Assembly (NCBI GenBank): GCA_041495205.1
Contig: JBGQCF010000004.1
Location: forward strand, 22,118-86,117
DNA from: Gammaproteobacteria bacterium
GTDB lineage: Bacteria > Pseudomonadota > Gammaproteobacteria > Burkholderiales > JAHFRG01
Direction: 5' to 3'
DNA: 64,000 nt
Below, piece after piece: positions 26,845-38,101 of the stretch. The stretch's first letter is position 1; every line of letters starts with the position of its first letter. The notes beneath the pieces are model-generated. The model made no database searches. It was not told the origin of the DNA and saw nothing but the letters and a program-made list of their open reading frames with translations. The position numbers and the translations under genes were made by a program.

Positions 26845-27780
26845 CTACCAGATACGAGTTCCAAAATCTTGGTGGTACTGTACGCCGATTTCGGCGCGGC
26901 TTAAATCGTGGTTCTGGCCGCCGCGATGCGCGATTTTAATGGCGCCCATGAGCGAGGCAAGCCGCCCGGCGGTTTCCCAATCCATGCCCTGCGAGATACC
27001 ATACAACAAGCCGGCGCGGTAGGCATCACCACATCCGGTAGGGTCGACTACCGCTTTTGCTTTAACGCACGGGATGTCTATGCGTTTACCGCCAGCATAG
27101 ATCATAGAGCCGCGCGCACCCAATGTGACAACCAAAGCTTTCACAAGTTTTGCGAGTTCCTCAATCTTTTTGCCGGTTTTCTCCTGTAAAAGCTGCGCTT
27201 CATAATCGTTTAACGTGACAAAATCTGCCTGCTGCATGAAATTCAGCAATTCCTCGCTGCTAAACATCGGCAAGCCCTGCCCCGGATCGAAAACAAACGG
27301 GACGCCTTGCTCATGGAATTCTCTGGCGTGTTGCAGCATGCCTTCGCGGCCATCGGGCGATATGATACCAAGGCCCACTTCACCGGCATCTTTGATATGG
27401 TTGTAATGCGAATAATTCATCGCTCCCGGATGAAACGCGGTAATCTGATTGTCATCCAGGTCGTTTGTAATGAATGCCTGAGCAGTGAAGGTGTCAGGCA
27501 CCTGCCGAATATGCTTCTGGGAAAGGTTTAATTTTTTAAGCCGGTAGGCATAAGGTTGGTAATCCTCGCCGACGGTTGCCATGATGAGCTGATCACTGCC
27601 CAGCAGCCGCAGGTTATAGGCGATATTGCCTGCGCAGCCGCCGAACTCACGGCGCATGTCCGGCACCAGGAACGCCACGTTCAGGATATGAATCTGCTCG
27701 GGCAGAATGTGATTCCTGAAATAATCCTTGAACACCATGATGGTGTCGTAGGCGATCGAGCCGCAAATCAACGTGCGCAC
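26845..27780 (-). CDS. PfkB family carbohydrate/nucleoside kinase
   Basis: PfkB signatures (GGCAGNIAYNL and DPTGCGDAYRAG). The GTG at 27780 gives a (M)RTLICGSIAYD N-terminus; the ORF track starts at a TTG at 27807. Confidence 0.8.
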   Translation of the reverse strand: MRTLICGSIAYDTIMVFKDYFRNHILPEQIHILNVAFLVPDMRREFGGCAGNIAYNLRLLGSDQLIMATVGEDYQPYAYRLKKLNLSQKHIRQVPDTFTAQAFITNDLDDNQITAFHPGAMNYSHYNHIKDAGEVGLGIISPDGREGMLQHAREFHEQGVPFVFDPGQGLPMFSSEELLNFMQQADFVTLNDYEAQLLQEKTGKKIEELAKLVKALVVTLGARGSMIYAGGKRIDIPCVKAKAVVDPTGCGDAYRAGLLYGISQGMDWETAGRLASLMGAIKIAHRGGQNHDLSRAEIGVQYHQDFGTRIW

Positions 27781-27818
27781 GCTTACCTCACAGATTTTTG
27801 AAAACAACCAGGCAAAGT

Positions 27819-28202
27819 CTAGGCGAACAAAACCAATACCCAGACCAAGGGGACGTTTATCAGGCTCAAAAACACTGCGGCACTGCCAAAGTCCTTGGCG
27901 CGCTTGGCCAGCGGATGATGCTCCAGGGAAATCCGGTCCACCACCGCTTCAATCGCCGAATTGATGAGTTCGACAATCAGCACCAATAACACGCTTGCCA
28001 GCAGCAACGCCTTGCCGGCACCGCTTGCGGGAAGCAGCAACGTTGCCGGTATCAAAATTACAGCAAGCAGGATTTCCTGCCGAAATGCGGTTTCGTGCTT
28101 GAATGCTGCACACAGCCCTTCCACCGAGTAAAGGAATGCGTTCCAAATGCGCCCTACGCCGGTTTTGCTTTTGTGCGCGGCTCCCTGTCTTAGGCTTTCC
28201 AT
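27819..28202 (-). CDS. dgkA: diacylglycerol kinase
   Basis: 127-aa three-TM protein with the prokaryotic DAGK motif (ELINSAIEAVVDRIS). Confidence 0.9.
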   Translation of the reverse strand: MESLRQGAAHKSKTGVGRIWNAFLYSVEGLCAAFKHETAFRQEILLAVILIPATLLLPASGAGKALLLASVLLVLIVELINSAIEAVVDRISLEHHPLAKRAKDFGSAAVFLSLINVPLVWVLVLFA

Positions 28203-28249
28203 TTCGCTTCCCGTGCGCTGCGAATTAAGGTTTAGTACTTTCCCGAGTC

Positions 28250-28750
28250 TTATTTCAGCGCAGCCAAAGCCGCGTTGTAATTGGGCTCATTCTTGATTTC
28301 CGGCACCAGTTCCACGTGCAGCACCTTATCGTTGGCATCCAGCACCACCACGCCGCGCGCAGTGACTCCGGCCAGCGGCAGATCGGTAATAGCCACGCCG
28401 TAATTTTTCATGAACTCCGCGCCGCGCATAGTGGAAAGCGTAATCACATTATTCAAACCCTCAGCGCCGCAAAACCGCGACTGCGCGAAAGGCAAGTCGG
28501 CGGAAATTACCAGCACTACCGTGTTATTGAGTTTGCTTGCCTCTTCATTGAAGCGGCGAGTGGATTTGGCGCAAGTAGGCGTGTCCAGGCTCGGCACGAT
28601 GTTGAGCACTTTGCGTTTTCCGGCGAAATCTTTGAGACTCACGTCCTTGAGTTCTTTATTGACCAGTCTGAAATCCGGGGCTTTCTGGCCAACCGTGGGG
28701 AAAACACCGGCTACGTTGACCGGATTTCCAGCAAGAGTGACTGTTGCCAT
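28250..28750 (-). CDS. tpx: thiol peroxidase
   Basis: 166 aa with a Tpx-type peroxidatic Cys (SLDTPTC) and resolving Cys (SRFC). Confidence 0.9.
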   Translation of the reverse strand: MATVTLAGNPVNVAGVFPTVGQKAPDFRLVNKELKDVSLKDFAGKRKVLNIVPSLDTPTCAKSTRRFNEEASKLNNTVVLVISADLPFAQSRFCGAEGLNNVITLSTMRGAEFMKNYGVAITDLPLAGVTARGVVVLDANDKVLHVELVPEIKNEPNYNAALAALK

Positions 28751-28841
28751 GATAAACGCTCCTAAATTACAACCAATGATTGAAAGTCAGTACCAAGTAT
28801 GCCTTGCACTTAACGGGCGCGCAACCGATGGCGGCCGCCAA

Positions 28842-29231
28842 TCAAGTTTTAGCATCTTCCACCGTTTTTTGATATTCATCCCCGCTGAGCAGCGTGCCGA
28901 ACTCGGCAGGATTTACGGGTTTGATTTTGAACATCCAAGCCCCATATGCATCCCGGTTGATTTTTTCGGGCGCGCTTTCGAGCTCATGGTTGACTGCAAT
29001 CACTTCTCCGGAAACGGGAGCGTGCACGTCCGCAGCTGTTTTAACCGATTCCACTATCGCGCATGCTTCGCCCGCGGCGAGCTTGCGCCCTACCGTCGGA
29101 TTTTCCACGTATACCAGATCACCCAGCAGGTCCTGCGCATGGCGAGTGATGCCCACGGTTACCGTGCCATCGCGCTCCTGCCTTGCCCATTCGTGAGACC
29201 GGGTGTACTTAAGTCCGGCGGGTATGTTCAT
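28842..29231 (-). CDS. gcvH: glycine cleavage system H protein
   Basis: Lipoyl-lysine motif (VESVKTAADV) and KYTRSHEW N-terminus. The ATG at 29231 forms an ATGA overlap with the upstream gene's stop; an alternative ATG is at 29237. Confidence 0.88.
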   Translation of the reverse strand: MNIPAGLKYTRSHEWARQERDGTVTVGITRHAQDLLGDLVYVENPTVGRKLAAGEACAIVESVKTAADVHAPVSGEVIAVNHELESAPEKINRDAYGAWMFKIKPVNPAEFGTLLSGDEYQKTVEDAKT

Positions 29232-30031
29232 TGCCATCCGAATCTACAATTGTGCGGGTCGGGGTAAAACAGTAACAGGCGGTATCCTGCCGGCTTGAGA
29301 TCGCTGCTGTCTATGAACAGCTTGGTGGTAAATTCGCTGTTAGCCTGCATGCCAAGGCTGGGATTTGCGTTGCTTGCGAGATATTCTGCCGCCGTGAACA
29401 CGCGGCGCGCCACCATCTGATCCTGGGCATCGGTAAAAGTGAGTTCCAGCAAAGGGTAAACCTGCGCAAACGGCGCTCGGTTACGCAAAGTGGCGGTGAG
29501 CACGATGAGATTTGAACGGTTTGCATCCGCCTGCAAATCGGAAGCTTCAATGCTCAACAGCTCGGAAATCTTTGGCAAGCCCACGGTACACTGCATAAAC
29601 TCGCAATAACTCTGCAGGTAAGGCTTAAACACGGGGTAGCATGCGGCAATCTGGTCGCGGAAATTATAAGCTGCTTGCGCCGCAAGCGATGCCAGCATCA
29701 GCAACACTGCGGCAAACCAGGCCCAGGTGTGCCAAATTCGCCGCGCTGCTTTTTCAGCAGCCTTATCGGTAAAACTGAGCGGCTTGGCTGACTTGGCCGA
29801 CTGTGCGCTTACTTTCCTTTGCAGGTTCGGCAACGTACCTGCTGCGCCGCTCATAAGCGGAGCCGGAGGGACGGTTTCTACCAGCTGCTCATCCAAAGTG
29901 GCCAGAGTGTCAAAGGCGTTAAAAATCTCGGAGCACTGGCCGCAGCGCACGCGCCCCCGGCTTGACTGCAATTCCTCGTGCCGTATGCGGAAAGTGGTGT
30001 GACAGCTCGGGCATGAGGTTACCATGCTCAT
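29228..30031 (-). CDS. MJ0042-type zinc-ribbon / DUF3426 protein
   Basis: N-terminal CPSCHTTF...RVRCGQCSEIFNA zinc ribbon, a central TM segment, and a C-terminal domain typical of DUF3426 proteins found next to prmA. Confidence 0.7.
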   Translation of the reverse strand: MSMVTSCPSCHTTFRIRHEELQSSRGRVRCGQCSEIFNAFDTLATLDEQLVETVPPAPLMSGAAGTLPNLQRKVSAQSAKSAKPLSFTDKAAEKAARRIWHTWAWFAAVLLMLASLAAQAAYNFRDQIAACYPVFKPYLQSYCEFMQCTVGLPKISELLSIEASDLQADANRSNLIVLTATLRNRAPFAQVYPLLELTFTDAQDQMVARRVFTAAEYLASNANPSLGMQANSEFTTKLFIDSSDLKPAGYRLLLFYPDPHNCRFGWQ

Positions 30032-30924
30032 GGCAATGACCTCTTAACTCCGCACAATCGTACCCAGCCTTGCTCCTCGCATGTTTCACGCATGACAAAC
30101 CAGTCGCGGTAAGCATTTTCCACATCGCGCGCTTGGTCGCCGAGAATGCCTGACAGCACCAGCAGTCCGCCGCTGCGCGTAGCGGCGGCAAGCAGCGGCG
30201 CAAGCAGTATCAACGGATTGGCGAGGATATTGGCAAGTACCACGTCGGCTTGGAATCGCGGAACGCCTTGCGGGGCATAAAACTCCGCCTGCACGCGATT
30301 TTTCTCGGCATTAACCTGGCTGGCAAGCAGCGCTTGAGGATCGCTGTCCACCCCAATAGCGCGGTCCGCGCCAAGCTTCAGCGCCGCGATGGCGAGTATG
30401 CCCGATCCGCAACCATAATCGAGCACCGCTTCTCCGCCCTTGATATGTTCATCCAACCAACGCAAGCATAAGCGCGTCGTCGGATGACTGCCGGTGCCAA
30501 ACGCGAGTCCCGGATCAAGAACGATATTTATGGCGCCGGGATCGGGAGGCGTGTGCCAGCTCGGCACGATCCAAAGGCGGGACGATATCCGTATCGGCGC
30601 AAACTGCGCTTGTGCAAGACGCACCCAATCCTGATCCGGCACGTTGGCCACGGTGAATTTCGCAGCAGGCCAACCCAAGGCATTCGAGGCGGCTTCCACG
30701 ATGCAAGCAATATCCGCGTCAGCGCGAAACAATCCGCTTACCCGGCTTGCTTGCCACGCAGCGATCACCGGCGCGCCGGGTTCGTCGAAAATCGCCTGTT
30801 CATCTTCCGTCCCGGCCCGGGCGTCGGCAATGTCCACCGAGAGCGCACCCAATTGCAGCAACGTGTTGCTCAGCACTTCAGCGTGCCGGGCGTCCGCATC
30901 AAGAGTGAGCGACAGCCAATTCAT
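30028..30924 (-). CDS. prmA: ribosomal protein L11 methyltransferase
   Basis: 298 aa with a SAM motif (VLDYGCGSGILAI). Conserved accBC-prmA neighbourhood. Confidence 0.9.
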   Translation of the reverse strand: MNWLSLTLDADARHAEVLSNTLLQLGALSVDIADARAGTEDEQAIFDEPGAPVIAAWQASRVSGLFRADADIACIVEAASNALGWPAAKFTVANVPDQDWVRLAQAQFAPIRISSRLWIVPSWHTPPDPGAINIVLDPGLAFGTGSHPTTRLCLRWLDEHIKGGEAVLDYGCGSGILAIAALKLGADRAIGVDSDPQALLASQVNAEKNRVQAEFYAPQGVPRFQADVVLANILANPLILLAPLLAAATRSGGLLVLSGILGDQARDVENAYRDWFVMRETCEEQGWVRLCGVKRSLP

Positions 30925-30966
30925 GCTGCGGGAAATGTAAAGAGCGGTGTGCGCATAACAGTGTTT

Positions 30967-32322
<1,356 letters not shown>

Positions 32323-32421
32323 GCAAAAAACCGTGAGGAATAAAAAGTGAGGCGCGAGGTGTAAAAGAAAAAATAATCGCGGAATAATAATGAATCAACT
32401 GAGCAGTCAAATCCTCACCCC

Positions 32422-32883
32422 TCACCCAATGACAATCAGGGGTTCGCCGTACTCCACGGGTTGACCATTCTCCGCCAGAATTTCCTTGATCACCCCGCTG
32501 CAGTCGGCCTCGATTTCATTGAGCAGCTTCATCGCCTCGATAATGCACAACGTATCGCCCTGGTTCACCTGCTGCCCTACTTCCACGAACGGCTTGGCGC
32601 CGGGCGTGGCCGAGCGGTAGAAAGTACCCACCATCGGCGCTTTCACTACATGTCCTTCAGGTGCCGCGGCTTCGCCAGCGGGAGTGGCGGGGGTCACTTC
32701 GGCCGCAGTTGCCGTGGTGACTACCTGAGCGGCGGCCTGTTGGGGGGTGGTAGTGACGGTAGCTTGAGTGGTCTGGTTTACCCTGCTGATGCGGACCTTT
32801 TCTTCACCTTCGGTGATCTCCAGTTCGGCGATCCCCGATTCCTCCACCAGGTCTATGAGCTTCTTTAGTTTTCTCAAATCCAT
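32422..32883 (-). CDS. accB: acetyl-CoA carboxylase biotin carboxyl carrier protein
   Basis: 153 aa with the biotinylation motif ([11 protein letters not shown]) and a Pro/Ala/Thr-rich linker. Confidence 0.93.
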   Translation of the reverse strand: MDLRKLKKLIDLVEESGIAELEITEGEEKVRISRVNQTTQATVTTTPQQAAAQVVTTATAAEVTPATPAGEAAAPEGHVVKAPMVGTFYRSATPGAKPFVEVGQQVNQGDTLCIIEAMKLLNEIEADCSGVIKEILAENGQPVEYGEPLIVIG

Positions 32884-32957
32884 AGCGAGCCTCTAACAAA
32901 TTATCCTGAAATCGGTTGCCTCAGCTTGGCTGACTTTTAAGCCGGGCATTCAGGGGT

Positions 32958-33389
32958 TCAGGATTGCAGGGCGTACTCCAGCGCCAGCTCATAACCCTTG
33001 GCGCCGAGACCGCTGATCACGCCTGCCGCCAAGTCGGAAAAATAGGAACGGTGGCGGAAGGTTTCGCGGGCGAAGATGTTGGACAGGTGAACTTCGATAA
33101 ATGGGATTTTTACTGCGGCAAGCGCGTCACGAATGGCCACACTGGTATGGGTAAACGCTGCGGGGTTGATGATAATGAAGTCAACGCGCTCCGCCCGTGC
33201 CTGCTGGATACGGTCAACCAAGCTATTTTCGGCGTTGCTCTGGAAGCAAGTGAGCTTAACCCCCGCCCGCTTGGCCCGCTCCATCAGGCAGGAGTCTATC
33301 GCCTCCAAGGTGTCATGCCCGTAATGTTCCGGCTCACGCGTCCCAAGCAAATTCAGATTGGGGCCGTGCAGGACCAGGATATTGTTCAT
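32958..33389 (-). CDS. aroQ: type II 3-dehydroquinate dehydratase
   Basis: [20 protein letters not shown] and [13 protein letters not shown] motifs. ATG at 33389 preferred. Confidence 0.92.
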   Translation of the reverse strand: MNNILVLHGPNLNLLGTREPEHYGHDTLEAIDSCLMERAKRAGVKLTCFQSNAENSLVDRIQQARAERVDFIIINPAAFTHTSVAIRDALAAVKIPFIEVHLSNIFARETFRHRSYFSDLAAGVISGLGAKGYELALEYALQS

Positions 33390-33484
33390 AACCACGAAGT
33401 TTGCAGCAATTCGCGTAATTTGTCTAGTTTTTCGCTGAACTTCGCCGAAATTCAGACAAACTACGTGGGACGGAAAAGGGTCGA

Positions 33485-34021
33485 TTAGAGGAGAGGGCCG
33501 ATTATGGGCTCGAGCTTAGCCTGAGTCAACCCGCCAAGCTCGGTAGCGATGATTCTGCCGGTACGGTCAATAATCAAGGTAAAAGGCAGTGCCCCAAAAC
33601 GGTTCCCAGCCTTACGCGAGAGCTCCATTGCCTCCAGATCGCCCAGGAGCACTGGGTAATTGATGCCGATTTCGTCGGCATAGGTCCGAACTGCGTCCTT
33701 TTTGTCCATGGCCACCCCGACAAGCACCAAGCCGCGGCTGCGGTATTTTTCCTGTAGCTTGATGAACTGGGGAATTTCCACACGGCAAGGCGGGCACCAG
33801 GTGGCCCAAAAGTTTACGATCAGCACTTTACCCCGCCATTGTGCAAAAGTTCGGTTGTTCCCCTCGAGGTCAGGCAGGGTCGAGCCAAACAGCGTCTCGG
33901 CAGCGCTTTGGACTTGTTCAGGCGACAAGGAAGCGGGAGCTTGAGCCCGCCAGCCGGCAAACAATCCAGCGCCCAGCGCCAGCAGCGCCACCGTAACAAT
34001 CAGATAGGCGCGCTTGCCCAC
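33485..34021 (-). CDS. TlpA family thiol:disulfide oxidoreductase
   Basis: N-terminal anchor and a thioredoxin fold with WATWCPPC. Confidence 0.85.
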   Translation of the reverse strand: MGKRAYLIVTVALLALGAGLFAGWRAQAPASLSPEQVQSAAETLFGSTLPDLEGNNRTFAQWRGKVLIVNFWATWCPPCRVEIPQFIKLQEKYRSRGLVLVGVAMDKKDAVRTYADEIGINYPVLLGDLEAMELSRKAGNRFGALPFTLIIDRTGRIIATELGGLTQAKLEPIIGPLL

Positions 34022-34022
34022 G

Positions 34023-35852
34023 CTACTGCATCACCGAATTCAGCGTTACCAGAAATTTTTCCGGGTTCTGGTAGCCAATTACCCGGGTTTTGATTTCGTT
34101 ACCCTGTTCATCAAAAAACAGGATGCCGGGCGGCCCGAACAGAGCAAAGCGTTTCAAAAGCGCCGCATCATCGGCATTGTTTGCAGTCACATCCGCCTGC
34201 AGCAACTGGATAGTTTTCAGCCTTGCTTGGACCGCGGCGTCGGAAAAAGTGGAGAGTTCCATTTCCTTGCAGGAGACACACCAGTCAGCATAAAAATCGA
34301 GCATCACATATCTGCCGCGAGCTTGAGAGATCGCCTGGTCCAGCTCAGCGTTATTTTTCACACGTTGGAATTCAAGCTTCTGCACGGGATTTGCGGTGCC
34401 GGTAAGCTGTGCAAGCGAACGGAAAATACCCTGTTCCCCGGAAAAAGCCTCTATCAAAAGCGCCACGCCCGCAACCAACGCGATGACGCCTGCGCCTTTC
34501 CATAATCTCGCATAAGCTGACGTTACCCTTAGCAAGGCTAGAACATAGAATGCGCAAACGATAAGCAATACCGCCCACAGCAGCATGTACACCTGTGCTG
34601 TGACGAGTGACGAGGTCAGCCAGATGGCGACCCCCAGCAACAGCACGCCGAAAAATCTTTTAACCGCTTCCATCCACGGGCCCACCCTGGGCAGCAGCGC
34701 GTCGGCGGAGAGACCCAGCGCGATAAGCGGCACTCCCATTCCCAATGCCATGACAAACAAACTTGACCCGCCCAGCACCACATCCCGCGTCTGGCTGATA
34801 TAAAGCAGCGCCCCTGCCAAGGGCGCCGCTACACAGGGGCCGATGATGACGGCGGAGAGCCCGCCCATGACAAACGCGCCGATTAGATTGCCGCCTTTGA
34901 TATGGTTTGCGGCATCGGAAAGCTTGCTTTGCAGGGAAGCCGGAAACTGCAAATCATAAAATCCGAACATGGAAAACGCGAGCAGCACAAACAGGACGGC
35001 AAAAGTTGCGAGCGCCCACGGGTTTTGCAAAGTGGTGGAAATCAGCGTTCCGGTGAGCCCTGCCGCCACTCCAGCGATCGCATATGTGATCGCGACTCCC
35101 AGCACATAGGAGGCCGACAGCATCAGCCCGCGCGTTTTGGTCATCTGCCGTTTTTGCCCGACGATGATTCCGGAAAGAATTGGAATCATCGGAAATAAGC
35201 AAGGCGTCAATGACAAAAGAAGACCAAAACCGAAAAAGCTTGCGATGATGAGCCAGAAACTGCCGCCCCGCAATAGATTGGCCGCTTGCGAAGACTCGTC
35301 GTTGACCGGCACTACTGATGCTGCGGTTTTTCCAAACGGGTTAACCGCAGCAGCTTGCAGGCTTTGCAAAGCGGCAACCGCGCCGGTATGCGGAGGCGCC
35401 GACATATTTGCTGCGGCGAATATCAGTTCGGCTTTCTGCTCAAGCGGGGTATAGCACACCCCGACATCGGCGCAGCCCTGGGAAATTGCGGTCAGCGTTA
35501 CGGCCTGCACTGAAGCGCCAGCGCGATTTAACGGCAACCCGATTTTAAGATCACCGCGGTAGGTTTCAACGCGCCCGAAATACCGGTCGTTATGCACTTC
35601 GCCAGCCGGCATTTGCGGCTTGCTCAGGGACAAACCCTTGGGCTGGACATCGAAACTGAACCTCTCGCGGTATAAATAATAGCCGTCCGCGATTTTGTAG
35701 TGCACCTCGATATTGTCGGGGTCCACCCACTGCGCTGAAAACCGGAATGCTTTTTCAGGCTCGAGCAATTGCGGCTCGCCCGCGCGGGCAGACAGGGAAA
35801 ACAACAACAGCAAAAAAAACAGCCGGCGCATTTTGGGAAAGTGAATGTTCAA
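34023..35852 (-). CDS. dsbD: thiol:disulfide interchange protein DsbD
   Basis: 609 aa with an N-terminal periplasmic domain, a multi-TM core with Cys residues (TPCLFP, IGPCVA), and a C-terminal thioredoxin domain (WCVSC). Confidence 0.9.
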   Translation of the reverse strand: MNIHFPKMRRLFFLLLLFSLSARAGEPQLLEPEKAFRFSAQWVDPDNIEVHYKIADGYYLYRERFSFDVQPKGLSLSKPQMPAGEVHNDRYFGRVETYRGDLKIGLPLNRAGASVQAVTLTAISQGCADVGVCYTPLEQKAELIFAAANMSAPPHTGAVAALQSLQAAAVNPFGKTAASVVPVNDESSQAANLLRGGSFWLIIASFFGFGLLLSLTPCLFPMIPILSGIIVGQKRQMTKTRGLMLSASYVLGVAITYAIAGVAAGLTGTLISTTLQNPWALATFAVLFVLLAFSMFGFYDLQFPASLQSKLSDAANHIKGGNLIGAFVMGGLSAVIIGPCVAAPLAGALLYISQTRDVVLGGSSLFVMALGMGVPLIALGLSADALLPRVGPWMEAVKRFFGVLLLGVAIWLTSSLVTAQVYMLLWAVLLIVCAFYVLALLRVTSAYARLWKGAGVIALVAGVALLIEAFSGEQGIFRSLAQLTGTANPVQKLEFQRVKNNAELDQAISQARGRYVMLDFYADWCVSCKEMELSTFSDAAVQARLKTIQLLQADVTANNADDAALLKRFALFGPPGILFFDEQGNEIKTRVIGYQNPEKFLVTLNSVMQ

Positions 35853-36187
35853 CCGCTAATCGTCAGTGTCTGTGTCTCAATAGCGAGCCAGTCAAGGTAC
35901 GCCTTCAATCCGTCGCTTATAGGGACAGCGATCAACTCCGGAAGTTCGTAGGGATGGTATTGTCTGACCATTTGTTCAACGCGCGGAAAGTGCATTTTCA
36001 GCGTCTTGATGAAAACGGGCACTTCCAGCGCGGTTTCGATTTTTCCCTTCCAGCGGTAAACCGACGTGCATTCCGCCATGACGTTAACACAGGCTGCAAG
36101 CCGCGCTTCGATCAATTTATGCGCAAGCTTCAATGCAGCATCGCGGCCGGGAAGATTAGTGATGACAAGTATGGGTTCGCTAGTCAT
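35849..36187 (-). CDS. cutA: divalent-cation tolerance protein CutA
   Basis: 112 aa with CutA1-like LAACVN and YRWKGKIE motifs. Conserved cutA-dsbD pairing. Confidence 0.88.
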   Translation of the reverse strand: MTSEPILVITNLPGRDAALKLAHKLIEARLAACVNVMAECTSVYRWKGKIETALEVPVFIKTLKMHFPRVEQMVRQYHPYELPELIAVPISDGLKAYLDWLAIETQTLTISG

Positions 36188-36262
36188 GATGACCGGGTCG
36201 GTTATTGTGTTTATTCTAGCCGCTTTTGCGGCGCGCCTGATTCAGCGCCTGGACGATTGCGA

Positions 36263-36805
36263 TCAATGCGTCGTGCGCTGGGACGCCGCTGCGCTCAAGG
36301 CGCCGCTTTGCAGGAACTTCCTTGCGATCTCCTGGAACGCGGCGACATAAGCTTTTGCAAATGTCCGCTCATACGAACTTACGACGCCCCCGATATCCGA
36401 GCTGGCGCTGAATGTTCCAATCTCTTCGCCGCTTGCAAGATAGCCGGTCGCGGTAACATCGGCATAGAAAACCCGCATTGCAGGATTGAACTCGCTCTTG
36501 CCGCTGACTTTGATAATCAAGTCCGGCGCGGGCATCTCTTCGCGCGGCAAAACCTGCTTGACAAGCGGTGCAAAAGCGGTGATTGCCGCATTGCGCACCA
36601 ATTTGCCTTCCGGGTAATAAATCTCTGCGTAGTAGTAATAATGCACCTTGTTCTCCGCGAGCTTCTCCGGGCTCATGTCCACCGCCAGGCGCAGCGGCAG
36701 CGGTTGCTCAACCGGCGCTTCCTCGTGCACGGGCTTGACCGGTGTGTAAGCACATCCGGCAAGCAGCACCAGTAACACGGGCCATCTCAAGAAGTTGCGC
36801 GCCAT
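36263..36805 (-). CDS. hypothetical lipoprotein
   Basis: 180 aa with a signal peptide and lipobox LLAGC/AY. No family recognised. Confidence 0.55.
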   Translation of the reverse strand: MARNFLRWPVLLVLLAGCAYTPVKPVHEEAPVEQPLPLRLAVDMSPEKLAENKVHYYYYAEIYYPEGKLVRNAAITAFAPLVKQVLPREEMPAPDLIIKVSGKSEFNPAMRVFYADVTATGYLASGEEIGTFSASSDIGGVVSSYERTFAKAYVAAFQEIARKFLQSGALSAAASQRTTH

Positions 36806-36867
36806 AGGTAAAACCCCTTCAGATACCGGTTAAGACGGGATTCTCGCTGCGAAGTTCAGCAATTTTA

Positions 36868-37767
36868 CTAAATCGTCCCTGCAAATTCGATAGCTGGCTT
36901 TTCCCGTGCCGCAGCAAGTCCATCGGCCACCATCGGATAGCGCAATTTCACTTGCAATTCGCGCTTCATGCGCCGGTTTGCCAGCCGCCGCGATTCCTGC
37001 ATAAACGACAACAGGTTCTCGGGGATGCGTTGGCGCGCTTCGCTATATGAAATGCGTGTCGTGCGCGGCAGCCCAAAGCGGTCTGCCACCAGATCAAAGT
37101 AATCACCCATCTTGAGCTCGGAATCGTCACTGGCGTTATACACCCTGCCCGGTTTGCCGAAACGCAACGCCGCGATCACGATGCGCGCCAGATCGTCCGC
37201 GTGAATGTGGTTGCTGTACGCGTCCTGCTCGGGTAACAGCGCAGGGGTGCCGTTTTTGACGCGCTCCAGCGGCAAGCGATCGCCGGCATAAATTCCCGGC
37301 ACGCGCAAAACGGTCACGCACACGCGGCTGCGCCTTCCCCATTCGCGGATTCTGCGCTCGGCATCTAAGCGGCGCTTGGCACGCGCGGTATGCGGCCGCA
37401 AGGGACGTGTTTCGGGAACGATTTCGCCGCCACAGTTGCCATAGACACCGCTGGTACTGATGTAGATGAGCCGATGTGGTAAAATTTTTCCCTTTGTCAA
37501 CGCCGCAAGCAGATGTGCGGTGCGTGTATCTTGCGTACCCCGGCTTGGCGGCGGCGCAAAATGCACTACATCATGTGCAAGCCCGCCGAGCATCTGCAGC
37601 GTATCCGGTTCGGCGAGATTGCCTGGAATGGGCATGATGCCCTGCTTGCGCAACAGGTGGAAGCGCTCGGGTGAGTGAGAGAGCGCATAAACACGGTAGC
37701 CTGCGGGCAGCTTCCGCACCATGCGCAGCGCGACGTCACCGCAACCGATAATCAACAGCCGTCTCAT
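36868..37767 (-). CDS. NAD-dependent epimerase/dehydratase (SDR) family protein
   Basis: 299 aa with an N-terminal Rossmann motif (LLIIGCGDVALR) and atypical-SDR length. Confidence 0.7.
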   Translation of the reverse strand: MRRLLIIGCGDVALRMVRKLPAGYRVYALSHSPERFHLLRKQGIMPIPGNLAEPDTLQMLGGLAHDVVHFAPPPSRGTQDTRTAHLLAALTKGKILPHRLIYISTSGVYGNCGGEIVPETRPLRPHTARAKRRLDAERRIREWGRRSRVCVTVLRVPGIYAGDRLPLERVKNGTPALLPEQDAYSNHIHADDLARIVIAALRFGKPGRVYNASDDSELKMGDYFDLVADRFGLPRTTRISYSEARQRIPENLLSFMQESRRLANRRMKRELQVKLRYPMVADGLAAAREKPAIEFAGTI

Positions 37768-37815
37768 GTTTCATAGTTTAAGGTATCCATGCTTACAATG
37801 GTACGCCTGCCCCTA

Positions 37816-38086
37816 GAGCCTCTAACATAATGAAACGGATTTGCGTTGCTGGCCAAAAAGCGATGAATGCGCGACGCGAGGCGCAACTCGATGCCGGGAC
37901 ATCGAGTAAGCCGAGCAACAAAGCAGGCATGCTTTGTGGCCGCAACCCGCAGGGACGGCGCGGGTTTCGGCGCATGCCTTTGTCGCTCGCCGCTTATTGG
38001 AGAACAACCCAACTGCGCGGCTCGCTTCGCGGCCTGCATCCGAAACCGACGCCGTCGCACTATTCGTTTCATTATGTTAGAGGCTC
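37816..38086. mobile_element. MITE-like element, copy C (271 bp, about 23-bp terminal inverted repeats)
   Basis: (A)GAGCCTCTAACATAATGAAACG at 37815-37837 is the exact reverse complement of 38065-38087. The interior is a long imperfect palindrome. TA occurs at both flanks. Confidence 0.7.
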
Positions 38087-38101
38087 TTAAGGGTTATTTG
38101 A

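Noticed and set aside
32323-32421. Repeated GTGAGG/CCTCAC motifs in the accB-accC intergenic region, a possible attenuator.
   Set aside because: The repeats are short, no convincing stem plus U-tract could be drawn, and accB-accC spacers are commonly structured. The evidence is insufficient.
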